This document shows positions 46,961 through 55,781 of a DNA stretch of 59,488 nucleotides, piece by piece (position 1 is the first letter of the stretch; every line of letters begins with the position of its first letter). The stretch is from a virus. Lineage: Duplodnaviria; Caudoviricetes. The stretch is taken from positions 1 through 59,488 of IMG/VR virus record IMGVR_UViG_3300035107_000641; one strand, 5' to 3'. The notes under the pieces are model-generated. The model saw nothing but the letters and a program-made list of their open reading frames with translations, searched no databases and had not been told where the DNA came from. The translations under genes and the position numbers were made by a program.

Positions 46961-47962
46961 ATGGCCAAAGGCCGGAAACGAAAGACGCCAAAGAATATTC
47001 GGAACACCCTTCTCGGGGACCGAAAAAAATTCGATCAAAGCAAATTCAGCAACGCAAACCCCGAACTCACAGCGGCCTTGCTCGAGCGCATCGAAGAATG
47101 GGAGCAGCTCGAGCGCGATACGGGTGAGATCAAGAGCGAAGAGATTTTCGATGAACAGTCGCTGACCCCTCTGCGCGATTGGGGCCAAAACTTTCCGCCA
47201 CTCAGAGAGTGGCCAGAGGACATACTTGATCGAGACAACGTTTTCTTCGACGTTTGGTCTGCGGCTATCGCAGCCCAAGCATGTTTTGGGCAATCGAGAT
47301 CGCGCGCTGCCATCTTGCAGAAGATGGAGGATATTACGCAGCCAGATCATTGGACCGTAAAATCCTTCCGCGAGGAAGATTTCGTCTTGGTCCTTCCACT
47401 GCTCGAAACCTTCCTCGACGCCTACTTGGAGGACGAGATTCTTTGGCTTGCTGGTTTGAAATCTGCTCTTTACACATTCCTCTTGGTGTTTGGTCCAGAA
47501 TTTGACCTTAACAAATATGCAGCTGCTTGGTTGGGGGGAAGATCTACCGAACGAGAAAATGATTACGCGCATGGATCTTTCCAAGATATGTCCTCGCGAA
47601 CATTGGACACGCTCCGCTTACCCTTGGTTACTGGCGGTGGAAATCTCTCTAGTGCCCGGCAATTTGCTATCAATCAAGGAAAGCATCAGCTGGGGCAGTT
47701 CCGTGAATTGCAAGAGTCCCTCGAAAAAACAAAACGCTTGGCTGGGGCTAGAGATTTGGAATCTTTTAGATCTGTTGTCGAAACCAATAGATCACTGGGG
47801 CAAGTTCAAGAAGCCACCCGAACATTGGACAGGTTGAAGCGCAGTACCCCTTTGGGTGCTTCTTTAAACTTCCGCGATCGGCATGCTTTAGAAGAGTTGA
47901 ACGAATACAATCGACTCATGCAGCAACTGGACCCTACGGGTAGGCTACGAAAATTGAAGTGA
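46961..47962 (+). CDS. Unknown 333-aa protein (cassette 1)
   Basis: AT-richer ORF; ends EYNRLMQQLDPTGRLRKLK. Confidence 0.75.
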   Translation: MAKGRKRKTPKNIRNTLLGDRKKFDQSKFSNANPELTAALLERIEEWEQLERDTGEIKSEEIFDEQSLTPLRDWGQNFPPLREWPEDILDRDNVFFDVWSAAIAAQACFGQSRSRAAILQKMEDITQPDHWTVKSFREEDFVLVLPLLETFLDAYLEDEILWLAGLKSALYTFLLVFGPEFDLNKYAAAWLGGRSTERENDYAHGSFQDMSSRTLDTLRLPLVTGGGNLSSARQFAINQGKHQLGQFRELQESLEKTKRLAGARDLESFRSVVETNRSLGQVQEATRTLDRLKRSTPLGASLNFRDRHALEELNEYNRLMQQLDPTGRLRKLK

Positions 47963-47964
47963 TT

Positions 47965-48140
47965 TCACTCCAAGAGTTTCTTGAGCGCATACCCCGCGCG
48001 CTCGAGCCCCTTCGCCGTGAGCTCGTCGACGGCCACGAACTTCTTATCAAACCGCCTCTCGAACACGTGCACCGCGCCTTGCGCCCCTGCCTGCGCGCGC
48101 TGCAACCCCACTTCGGCGATCGTCTGAAACACAGGCAACA
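47965..48140 (-). pseudogene. Duplicated 3' end of the baseplate hub gene
   Basis: About 14 mismatches over ~176 bp versus 50154-50329; encodes LPVFQTIAEVGLQRAQ...YALKKLLE. Confidence 0.85.
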
Positions 48141-48158
48141 CAAATGTTCAGTTTTTAT

Positions 48159-48228
48159 TTGACCCGTGCGGCAAACGTGAGTACATTTGTGAGTACAGGA
48201 CGTGAGTACAAATGTACTCACGTCCTGT
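48159..48228 (+). promoter_or_regulatory. Sigma70-like promoter with overlapping operator (cassette 2)
   Basis: TTGACC-N17-TACATT; GTGAGTACA three times; perfect 16-bp inverted repeat at 48195-48228. Confidence 0.6.
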
Positions 48229-48595
48229 GCAGGGCTCATGAGTCTGTCCCCCAAAGGGGGGCAGGTTTACTCCAAAGGAGACAGCGAGCCCACTGCCTTT
48301 GTTCGTGTTAGTTCTATCCCCCGTCGTGGCAAGAGGCCCGTTGGGAGATGCTTCTCCTGCGCGGATAACAGAAGGCAATTTGACGACCGAAGAAGCCCGA
48401 AATTTTCCTGAACGCCGCATCCGGGATTGAAGAGCTGAAGAGGGAGAAGCTCGCCCGACAGATGTTGACGACAGGAGCAGAAAGGAAACCAAGTGGGTAA
48501 TTACCACCTGGCCTGCCTGCTCGTCGTGAACATCCGTGGTGTTGACCACGCGACACGAGAGATCGCCGCAGGTCAGCACCACAGGATGAACAACG

Positions 48596-48997
48596 ATGAA
48601 CCAAAAGCAGCAGACCAGTAAACAAAAAGAGACCAATCAAACCAAGCCGCTGACCATGGATTCGGTCGATGCCATCTACAAGGATGGATTCGACGCCGAC
48701 GTTCAGGTCGAGCAAGACCTCGTGAATCGAGGTGGCCCTTTGACGCGAGCGGGAGTTCTCGCCTCGCGAACATTCAGGTTCGTGATGCTGATGTTGATGA
48801 ACGGGGTTGTACCCTGGATTTGCCTCAGCTTCATCACACTGGGCTGTCTCGACAAACTGGAGTGGTGGCACGTGCTCGCGCTGACGTGCATCGCGCTTGC
48901 GCAGCTTGCCTTGGTGGGGTCTGGAGAAACAAGCCATGGGCAAAAAAGACATCCGAGTCAACCTGCGCCTCTCCAAGGAGGTGAAGGATCGACTTGA
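48596..48997 (+). CDS. Membrane protein (cassette 2)
   Basis: Two hydrophobic segments; same position as 46433..46741. Confidence 0.6.
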   Translation: MNQKQQTSKQKETNQTKPLTMDSVDAIYKDGFDADVQVEQDLVNRGGPLTRAGVLASRTFRFVMLMLMNGVVPWICLSFITLGCLDKLEWWHVLALTCIALAQLALVGSGETSHGQKRHPSQPAPLQGGEGST

Positions 48998-49157
48998 AAA
49001 AGCATGTGAGCGCTCAGGCGCGGGCACCTTGAGCGATACGATTCGCCAAGCACTCGTCGTCTATGATGTGCTCTTGGAAGCGACGAGTTCTGGGAAGGAG
49101 TTGGTCCTCAAAGGAGAAGACGGTTCAGAGCAGCCTGTTTACCTTGCATTCAAGTAA
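48936..49157 (+). CDS. Ribbon-helix-helix (CopG-like) protein (cassette 2)
   Basis: DIRVNLRLSKEVKDRLEKAC....TLSDTIRQAL. Confidence 0.8.
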   Translation: MGKKDIRVNLRLSKEVKDRLEKACERSGAGTLSDTIRQALVVYDVLLEATSSGKELVLKGEDGSEQPVYLAFK

Positions 49158-49167
49158 GAGGAGTAGC

Positions 49168-50151
49168 GTGAGCGATCGAGGCAAGAAGAAGAAGCGAAGA
49201 AGCCGTAAAGCAAAGGTCCCGCAGTTGCGAGGAACAGAACTCGTCAAGGATCCAAAGTTACGGCGATTCAATTTCAATCGGTGTTCCGATGAGCAACTCC
49301 ATGTGCTTATCGGAACCTTCGATGCTTGGCGTAACCAAGATTCTACGACTCACGTTGAAGCCTCCTTGAGTGATTACTGGCGCACATTCAGCACAATAGC
49401 AGTCACAAGGATGGCAGAAACTCAAGCAAATCCGCCTGTTGTGGAAGACATGACGTTGGAGGAACTTGAGGGTTTTGGATTCCTTCTCGCCAGCCACAAA
49501 AACGTTGTTGATTTGACGGAAGGCAAGAGTTTCTCAGCATCTATTGATAACCAATACAGGCTCTTGTTCTACAACAAAGTTGGTTGGAAATCTGTTGCGT
49601 CTTCGACAGGAGAAGAGTTTTTCTCCTCTTTGGTGAAATGCTACCAGCACGGAAAACGATATGTCTTCGAACTCATCATTGAGGATGATTACCTTGATCC
49701 AAAACCTGAGGGCGATACAAGCAGGTCTGGTCGAGACATAAGTACGTGGGGAGAGCTTCTCGCGCGTATAGACGTACTTTCCAAGCAATTGATGCTGCCG
49801 AACTCTGATAACCTGATGAGTACCACAGAGCTTGCCTCTTCACTGACTGCAAAAGCTGCATCGACAATGTTGCGGCCTGCCTCAAAAACCCTTCTGGAAC
49901 AAGCAAAACATGCAGAAGGCACGGGGTTGCTCAATACGATGAAGCACTTACGTAACGCAGAGGCGCACCTGATGGTGTCGAATACCAAGGAGTTGGAGCC
50001 TGTGAACTCTTCACTTCGCATGGCTTTGGCAGGCATGCATTCCCCTAGACGGCTGGGCCTTGTAGATACAATGGCGCGGGAGCATCTCGAGCAATACAAC
50101 CGGCTCATGCATCGGCTAGACCCTACGGGCGTGTTGCGAAATTTGAAGTGA
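49168..50151 (+). CDS. Unknown ~327-aa protein (cassette 2)
   Basis: GAGGAG SD with GTG start; ends QYNRLMHRLDPTGVLRNLK. Confidence 0.75.
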   Translation: MSDRGKKKKRRSRKAKVPQLRGTELVKDPKLRRFNFNRCSDEQLHVLIGTFDAWRNQDSTTHVEASLSDYWRTFSTIAVTRMAETQANPPVVEDMTLEELEGFGFLLASHKNVVDLTEGKSFSASIDNQYRLLFYNKVGWKSVASSTGEEFFSSLVKCYQHGKRYVFELIIEDDYLDPKPEGDTSRSGRDISTWGELLARIDVLSKQLMLPNSDNLMSTTELASSLTAKAASTMLRPASKTLLEQAKHAEGTGLLNTMKHLRNAEAHLMVSNTKELEPVNSSLRMALAGMHSPRRLGLVDTMAREHLEQYNRLMHRLDPTGVLRNLK

Positions 50152-50153
50152 CC

Positions 50154-51215
50154 TCACTCCAGGAGTTTTTTGAGCGCATACCCCGCGCGCTCGAGCCCTT
50201 TCGCAGTGAGCTCGTCCACGGCCACAAACTTCTTATCCAACCGCCTCTCAAACACATGCACCGCGCCCTGCACCCCTGCCTGCGCGCGCTGCAACCCTAC
50301 CTCGGCGATCGTCTGAAACGCAGGCAACAGCTCCATCCCAGGGAAGTCACGTAGCGTCGCGCCGGGCGGCTTTGGCTCGACCTTCGTGACCTCGAGATCC
50401 ATCATCATCAGCTTCCCCTCGTGCCCGTTGTCCCCGCTCGCCTTGATCTTTCGCACGATGTAGAAGCCATCGACATCCCCCTCCCCCTCCACCTTGATGA
50501 AGCGCCGCACCCGGTGCCTGGCGTCGAGGATCACCTTCAGCCTGAGCCCACGCACGCCCTTGTTGTTGACGACCTTGGGGTAGCCATAGAGCCCGGTCTC
50601 GCGCGAGACGACCACGGCCGGGAGCTTTCTGGCCTCACCGGGCTTCAGGATCACGATCTGATCGCCGTCCATGATCCAGTCAAAACGGTTCGCCGCAGAC
50701 AGCTTGACCATCACCTCCCTGGCGGGCGCGTGATAGGCGAGGTCCTTGAACACCTCCTGTTGCCCGAGGTCTCCTCGGATTGCCTCGTAGGCTGCGACAG
50801 GATCCTTCACCGCGCCCTCGAGCACGTAGAAGAGCCCGCTCCCGATGGTGGCCTTGCCTGGCACCTGCGCCTTGACGACGTTCTTCTGCAGGTTCTTCCC
50901 ATCCCCGCTCTTGATGATCGTCTTCGAGTCCGGCCCGTCATTGTCATGGCTTATCTTGTAGGGCGCCCCGACGAACAGCACGCCAGGATCCTCCTCGTCG
51001 CTCGCGTGTCCAGCGAACAGGGTCACGACGTTGTCCTTCTTCTCGATGAAGCGTTTCTCCTCATCGGTGAGGTTCCAGATCGTGAGCGTCGCGCGGTTTG
51101 GCTTGGGGTCGTCGTCCTTCTGCACGTCGAAGCCAATGGCGTGCTCCCGAAACTCCAACCCCTCGCCACCCGAGGGGCCAAAGATCGCGCGCACGACGCG
51201 GTCATACTTTGCCAT
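50154..51215 (-). CDS. Baseplate hub protein
   Basis: I.FDVQK....PN.A..TIWNL, V.L.AG, GL.G.P motifs. Confidence 0.75.
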   Translation of the reverse strand: MAKYDRVVRAIFGPSGGEGLEFREHAIGFDVQKDDDPKPNRATLTIWNLTDEEKRFIEKKDNVVTLFAGHASDEEDPGVLFVGAPYKISHDNDGPDSKTIIKSGDGKNLQKNVVKAQVPGKATIGSGLFYVLEGAVKDPVAAYEAIRGDLGQQEVFKDLAYHAPAREVMVKLSAANRFDWIMDGDQIVILKPGEARKLPAVVVSRETGLYGYPKVVNNKGVRGLRLKVILDARHRVRRFIKVEGEGDVDGFYIVRKIKASGDNGHEGKLMMMDLEVTKVEPKPPGATLRDFPGMELLPAFQTIAEVGLQRAQAGVQGAVHVFERRLDKKFVAVDELTAKGLERAGYALKKLLE

Positions 51216-51226
51216 CTCATCCCCCT

Positions 51227-51619
51227 CTAAGGGTCGATCACGGTGAGCCCGCTGTCCTGCTCGGCGAGCGGCAAGAGGTCTGCCTCGATCTCGTCCGCGC
51301 TGTACCAGGCGAGCTTGACCGCGGCGCCGAGCTCCTCGCGCCCCACGGTCCCCACGCCCTCTCCCTCGCGAAACCCCACGAGCAGCCCAGGCGGCCACCT
51401 GGTCCCGGTGTAGCCCTCGTTGAGCAATACGCCCACCTCGAGCGTCTTGCCGGCGATGACAGGATCCCCGGCCTCGTCGAGCAGGTTGATGGTCCAACGC
51501 TCGAGGCGCTGGTTCCACGTCAGCTCGATCTGAACATCGAAATCCGACAGCGTCACCTCGCGCACGATCGCGCCAGGTGGTGTGGGGGAGGGGATAGGGA
51601 GCGGGATGATCTGTGGCAT
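51227..51619 (-). CDS. Baseplate plug-like protein
   Basis: LTWNQRLERWTINL.D..G motif. Confidence 0.65.
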   Translation of the reverse strand: MPQIIPLPIPSPTPPGAIVREVTLSDFDVQIELTWNQRLERWTINLLDEAGDPVIAGKTLEVGVLLNEGYTGTRWPPGLLVGFREGEGVGTVGREELGAAVKLAWYSADEIEADLLPLAEQDSGLTVIDP

Positions 51620-52242
51620 TACCTTGTCCCAAAACTTCCGAGTGATTTGAGCGCCTGCGCCGCGCCATCAAAGCCGCCAGCGAACACGCTCTTTTGCGCG
51701 CTCGCCGTCTGCTCGGCGCTCGCGGGCGTGGGCGTCACCCTCGCCACGGCGGGAGTGCGCGCCTGGTCCCTGACGAGCGCGGCGAGGATCGAGGCTGGCA
51801 CCTTCGCCGTGAGCGTCTCGGCGATGAGCGCGCGCGAGAAGCTGATCTTGACCTGCACGCTCCTCCCCTGCCTAGCGCGCTTGACGACCTCGTAGGATTC
51901 GATCTGCACGGGCGAGTAGATCCTCAGCTCTCCGGTCACCGTGTAGCGCCCGCCCTGCTCGAGCAAACTGTCGAGGATCTCCAACCCCGTGCGCGTGCGG
52001 TTTAGCCCGAGGTTCTGTTGCGGGTTGTAAGGCGTCTCGGTGAGCCACCCCGAGAGCTCGAAGGAGCCCGCCTCGACCTCGGCGTTATCCGTGCGCTCCC
52101 TTGGCCCTGGGTACTTCGAGACCTTGGCGCGGCGCGCGTGCCGCTCGCTCTCGTTGCCGTCAAGCCAGAGCAGCACCTCGCCCGTGAGCGAGTAGATCGC
52201 GGAGCCAAAGAGCTCGCCTGGTTCGAGAAGTGTTGGCGCCAT
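51619..52242 (-). CDS. Dit-like baseplate/tail-tip protein
   Basis: LD...E.H....VSKYP...TDNA motif following the tape measure gene. Confidence 0.7.
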   Translation of the reverse strand: MAPTLLEPGELFGSAIYSLTGEVLLWLDGNESERHARRAKVSKYPGPRERTDNAEVEAGSFELSGWLTETPYNPQQNLGLNRTRTGLEILDSLLEQGGRYTVTGELRIYSPVQIESYEVVKRARQGRSVQVKISFSRALIAETLTAKVPASILAALVRDQARTPAVARVTPTPASAEQTASAQKSVFAGGFDGAAQALKSLGSFGTR

Positions 52243-52245
52243 GGT

Positions 52246-54303
52246 TTAAAGCCCCTGCTCGTCATCGAAGAAGTTGTCCAGGAAGTCCTTGTCGATGTCG
52301 AAGAAGCCCTCGTTGTACTCCTCCTTGACCTCCTCGATATCCCGCCCCCTGGCGTCGATGGTGATGTACTTGTCCCCGTTGCCAGCCACCATCGTCTTCG
52401 AGGACGCGCCAGGCAAGAGCCCGGCGGTCGCCACACCTGGCGCGATCGAGCCGAGCAGGCTCGCCGAGAGGTCACCTCCAAAGTCAAACCCGCCAGGCAA
52501 CTCGCGAAAGAACCCCGTGACCCTGTCCATCAGCGCGCCGATCTTCTCGGCGCCGAGCTCGAACATCCGCACGATCGCGTTGACGTAGAACTGAAACAAC
52601 TCGATTGCCCCGTCCTTCATCCTCACCAGCGCGCCCCAGATCCCGGTCAGGATGTCAGGGATGTAGCTCAAGCCTACAGCGAACGCCGAGACGAGCCCGA
52701 TGATGGCGAGTATCCCCACGACGAGCACCCCGAGCACGACCTTGATCGCGATGAGCAGCGCGCCATCGAAGAGGTCATAGACAAACATGATCCAGTCAAA
52801 GAGCGCGCGAAACGCCTTGCCCGCCGCGTCCTGCGCGCTGGCGATGAGGTCCATCACGTCCACCACGCCAAACCCGAACTCCTTGCCAAGCCACTCGAGC
52901 AACCCGTTGACCGAGTCCACGAAGAAGGCGATGAGATCGAGCACGAAGGTCTTGATCTCCTCCCAGTTGTTCGCGATGGCGATCGGCATCATGAGCAGCG
53001 GGTTGAAGATGCGCAGCAAGGTCAGCGCGATCTTCTTCCCCTTCTCGATGTCCGCGGCGACCTTGGGGTCGAGCCCGAAGAGCCTGGCGAAGAGGGACTG
53101 GCTCGCATCCTGTGAGTTGAAGAAGGTGTAGACGTCCTGCACGGCGCCGAGGAAGAACCCGATACCAGCCGCGATGGCGAGCAGTGGTCCGAGCCCCACG
53201 GCGAGCAGCGGCGCCAGGAACGCCACAAACTTTCCGATCGCGGCCGCTGCTGCGGGCGCCTTCAACACGGCGAACGCGCCCCCGAGCGAGAGCACCACGC
53301 CGAGCAGCAGGCGCCCTGCGTTGGTCCACCCTCCAAACTGGTCGAGGATCTCCCCCATCTCCTCGGGCATCCCGTCGATCGTCTCGCGCAGCCACCGGAT
53401 CATCTCGGTGGCGTATTCGACGCCCGTCGCAAACAGATCCGCCGGAGCTCCGAGGACCTCGTCGACAAAGGGCCTGGCGACCTTGTAGAGCTCGGTGAAC
53501 TCCACGAGCATCTCATCGAGCGCGGGCAGATACCGGAGCACGAAGGTCGAGGCGGACGCGTCGGTGATCTGCTGGAGGTTCGCGAGCGTGTCCTGGAACT
53601 TGCTGGCCTGCTCGAGCGCGGCGTTGGGGATGATCCCGAGGTCTGCGGCCTCCTTCTTCAAAGCCTCGATCTCAGACGCCGAGGCATTCAGAAGCCTGGT
53701 CATTTTGCGCAGTGCGTCTTCGCCAAAGAGCTTCGCGCCGAGCTGGAGACGTTTGGTGTCATCAGGGATCGCGCGCAAGGCAGCCGTCACGGCTTCGAGC
53801 CTCGCGGCGGGGTCCATGGCGAGCAGCTCTTTCACCGAGAGCCCGAGGTCGTCAAAGAGCTTCTTCTTCTCCTTGCTGCCCGCGGCCGCGTTGCCAAGCT
53901 CGAGCCCGATCTTGTTGAAGCTGTTGCGGAGCTCGTCGATGTCGGTGCCGGTGCGGCGCGCGATGAACTGCCAGGTTTGCCACGCCTCACCGTTTAAGCC
54001 GATGTCACGTGAGGTCTTGTTGATCTCGTCGGCGACCTGGCTCCATTCGTCGGCGCGCGCGAGCATCGCCGAGGGGGAGAGCTCGGAGATAAGCCCGACG
54101 GCCAGGTCACGGATCCCCTCGTAGAGGTCGGAGAAGAAGTTGATCTTGAAGACGTCGCCGAGCATGGAGGAGGTGTCGTCTGCCCACTTTTCGAGCTCGT
54201 CCTCGGTCTTCTTCTTCTCGTCGTCGAGAACCTCCTTGGACTTTTTATCCATCTTGTAGCCAAGAAGGATGTAGACGTCATCGATTTGCAAGCCCTCGGA
54301 CAC
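52246..54303 (-). CDS. Tape measure protein
   Basis: 685 aa helical, Ala/Leu-rich with hydrophobic middle; follows the tail assembly chaperone. Confidence 0.85.
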   Translation of the reverse strand: MSEGLQIDDVYILLGYKMDKKSKEVLDDEKKKTEDELEKWADDTSSMLGDVFKINFFSDLYEGIRDLAVGLISELSPSAMLARADEWSQVADEINKTSRDIGLNGEAWQTWQFIARRTGTDIDELRNSFNKIGLELGNAAAGSKEKKKLFDDLGLSVKELLAMDPAARLEAVTAALRAIPDDTKRLQLGAKLFGEDALRKMTRLLNASASEIEALKKEAADLGIIPNAALEQASKFQDTLANLQQITDASASTFVLRYLPALDEMLVEFTELYKVARPFVDEVLGAPADLFATGVEYATEMIRWLRETIDGMPEEMGEILDQFGGWTNAGRLLLGVVLSLGGAFAVLKAPAAAAAIGKFVAFLAPLLAVGLGPLLAIAAGIGFFLGAVQDVYTFFNSQDASQSLFARLFGLDPKVAADIEKGKKIALTLLRIFNPLLMMPIAIANNWEEIKTFVLDLIAFFVDSVNGLLEWLGKEFGFGVVDVMDLIASAQDAAGKAFRALFDWIMFVYDLFDGALLIAIKVVLGVLVVGILAIIGLVSAFAVGLSYIPDILTGIWGALVRMKDGAIELFQFYVNAIVRMFELGAEKIGALMDRVTGFFRELPGGFDFGGDLSASLLGSIAPGVATAGLLPGASSKTMVAGNGDKYITIDARGRDIEEVKEEYNEGFFDIDKDFLDNFFDDEQGL

Positions 54304-54304
54304 C

Positions 54305-54592
54305 CTAGCGCCTCCACTGCTGCTCGGTCTTCTCTTTCTGGTGGGCGTTCACCTCGCGCTTGACCTGCGCCTCGAGGTCGAGTTGGCAGAGCGCCGTGAT
54401 GAACTCGCCCCAGTCCATACGGTGCTTGACGTACTCGAGCGTCCCGTACCCCTCGCGGACTAGGGCGCGGTAGATCTGGTCGCGTTCGGAGATGCCGCTT
54501 TTTTCGATGTAGGCTTCGAGGCGACTTTGGATTTCTCTCTCCTCTTTTGAAGGCCGGCCCAGACGTCCAGGACCGACCCCATCTCGAAAGGG
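54305..54592 (-). CDS. -1 frameshift extension of the tail assembly chaperone (gpT-like)
   Basis: C CCT TTC slippery heptamer at 54592-54586; the -1 frame is open to TAG at 54305. Confidence 0.65.
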   Translation of the reverse strand, partial: PFRDGVGPGRLGRPSKEEREIQSRLEAYIEKSGISERDQIYRALVREGYGTLEYVKHRMDWGEFITALCQLDLEAQVKREVNAHQKEKTEQQWRR

Positions 54593-55257
54593 AGCCAGAA
54601 TGCCCCCATTGCCATGAGCACCACGAGGTAGTGCTGCATGAACGCTTTGCCAGCGAACACCTCCTTGAAGTGCTCGCCGCCGCAGTTTCGCCAGGCTTCC
54701 ACGCCCCCGAAGTCTTCCCGCACCCAGACGTGCTCGAGCAATTCGCGCACGTACTTGGGCTTGAGGCTGTTGAACGCGCGCGCCAGGTCCTTGCCTGCGT
54801 CCTCGAGCACGCCCATCTCGAGCGTCATGCCCTTGAAGCCACGCTCCTTGATGATCTTCTCACCCCGGTCCATGACAGCCTCGAGGCGCTCGGGGATATG
54901 GACCTGAACGTCTTGCGTGAGTTTTCGCCAGCCTGGCTTCTCGGGGTCATCTTCCCAGGAGCTTTGCTCGGACCACGCGCTCGCCTCCCCTGCCTCGCCT
55001 GGCGAGGTGGGCGTCTGGACCATGTCCGAAGCGATGGCGGCGATCAGCGGCGAGAGCATGCGCCCGAGGTTCGCCGCAGACGACCCGAGCAACGGGAACA
55101 TGATCTGCGCGGCCTCGGCGAAGAAATACTGCGAACGGTCTGCGCTCGGGTAATAGAAGGCAAAGAGCCGGCCGCCGATCTCGAGATCGGCGGCCGGGGT
55201 CTTGTTGCGGATCGGGTCGGGGCGTCCGCTGTAGTCGGTGGTCTTGTGCTCGCTCAC
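54460..55257 (-). CDS. Tail assembly chaperone (gpG-like)
   Basis: Between tube and tape measure genes. Confidence 0.7.
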   Translation of the reverse strand: MSEHKTTDYSGRPDPIRNKTPAADLEIGGRLFAFYYPSADRSQYFFAEAAQIMFPLLGSSAANLGRMLSPLIAAIASDMVQTPTSPGEAGEASAWSEQSSWEDDPEKPGWRKLTQDVQVHIPERLEAVMDRGEKIIKERGFKGMTLEMGVLEDAGKDLARAFNSLKPKYVRELLEHVWVREDFGGVEAWRNCGGEHFKEVFAGKAFMQHYLVVLMAMGAFWLPFEMGSVLDVWAGLQKRREKSKVASKPTSKKAASPNATRSTAP

Positions 55258-55303
55258 GACGAATGGCTCTTCTTGTGGGGGAGGGGGAAGAAAAGGATCA
55301 GGC

Positions 55304-55732
55304 TCAGATCACGAACCTGTGCTTGAGGTTCGGGGTGCGCCCCTTGACCTTGAGCTCGCCGCCTTCCTTGCCCCAGACAAGCTCGGGTCGGTCGGCGATG
55401 GTGCACTGGCTCGCGTTGGCGACCACGGCCTTGAGCTTGTCGACGATGGTTAACCGGAACTCGTCCAGGGGCGGCGGGCGATCGAAGCGATCCTGAAGCA
55501 GCTTGTGCAAGCGCCGGTCGCTCTTCATGAACGTGATCTCGAAGTCGTACGCGTCCGAGTCATGGCGGTTGCGCTGCGTGCCGCCGTTGGCCGTCTGGTT
55601 GTAGGTGTTGCGCGGCTCCACAGGCGTGAGCTTGATGAAGTCGTTCTCCCCGCCGGTCGTGATCACCTCGTTGTCGAGGATGATCGTACACCCGTTGAGG
55701 TAGTGCGTGGTCTGCCGGTTTGTCTCAGGCAT
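55304..55732 (-). CDS. Tail tube protein
   Basis: 142 aa directly after sheath gene; beta-rich. Confidence 0.75.
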   Translation of the reverse strand: MPETNRQTTHYLNGCTIILDNEVITTGGENDFIKLTPVEPRNTYNQTANGGTQRNRHDSDAYDFEITFMKSDRRLHKLLQDRFDRPPPLDEFRLTIVDKLKAVVANASQCTIADRPELVWGKEGGELKVKGRTPNLKHRFVI

Positions 55733-55781
55733 GTGCGGGCTCCTTTAGAAGAGGTCACGGTGGTGCCACACTTTGGTGGCG

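Noticed and set aside
47965-50329. Diversity-generating retroelement TR/VR pair
   Set aside because: No reverse transcriptase in the genome, and mismatches are mostly synonymous and not adenine-specific.
50154-51671. 505-aa hub protein as given in the ORF track
   Set aside because: The N-terminal extension overlaps gene 51227..51619; the likely start is ATG 51215.
54499-54504. A6 run as the chaperone frameshift site
   Set aside because: Not in X XXY YYZ phase with the reading frame; the C CCT TTC site fits better.
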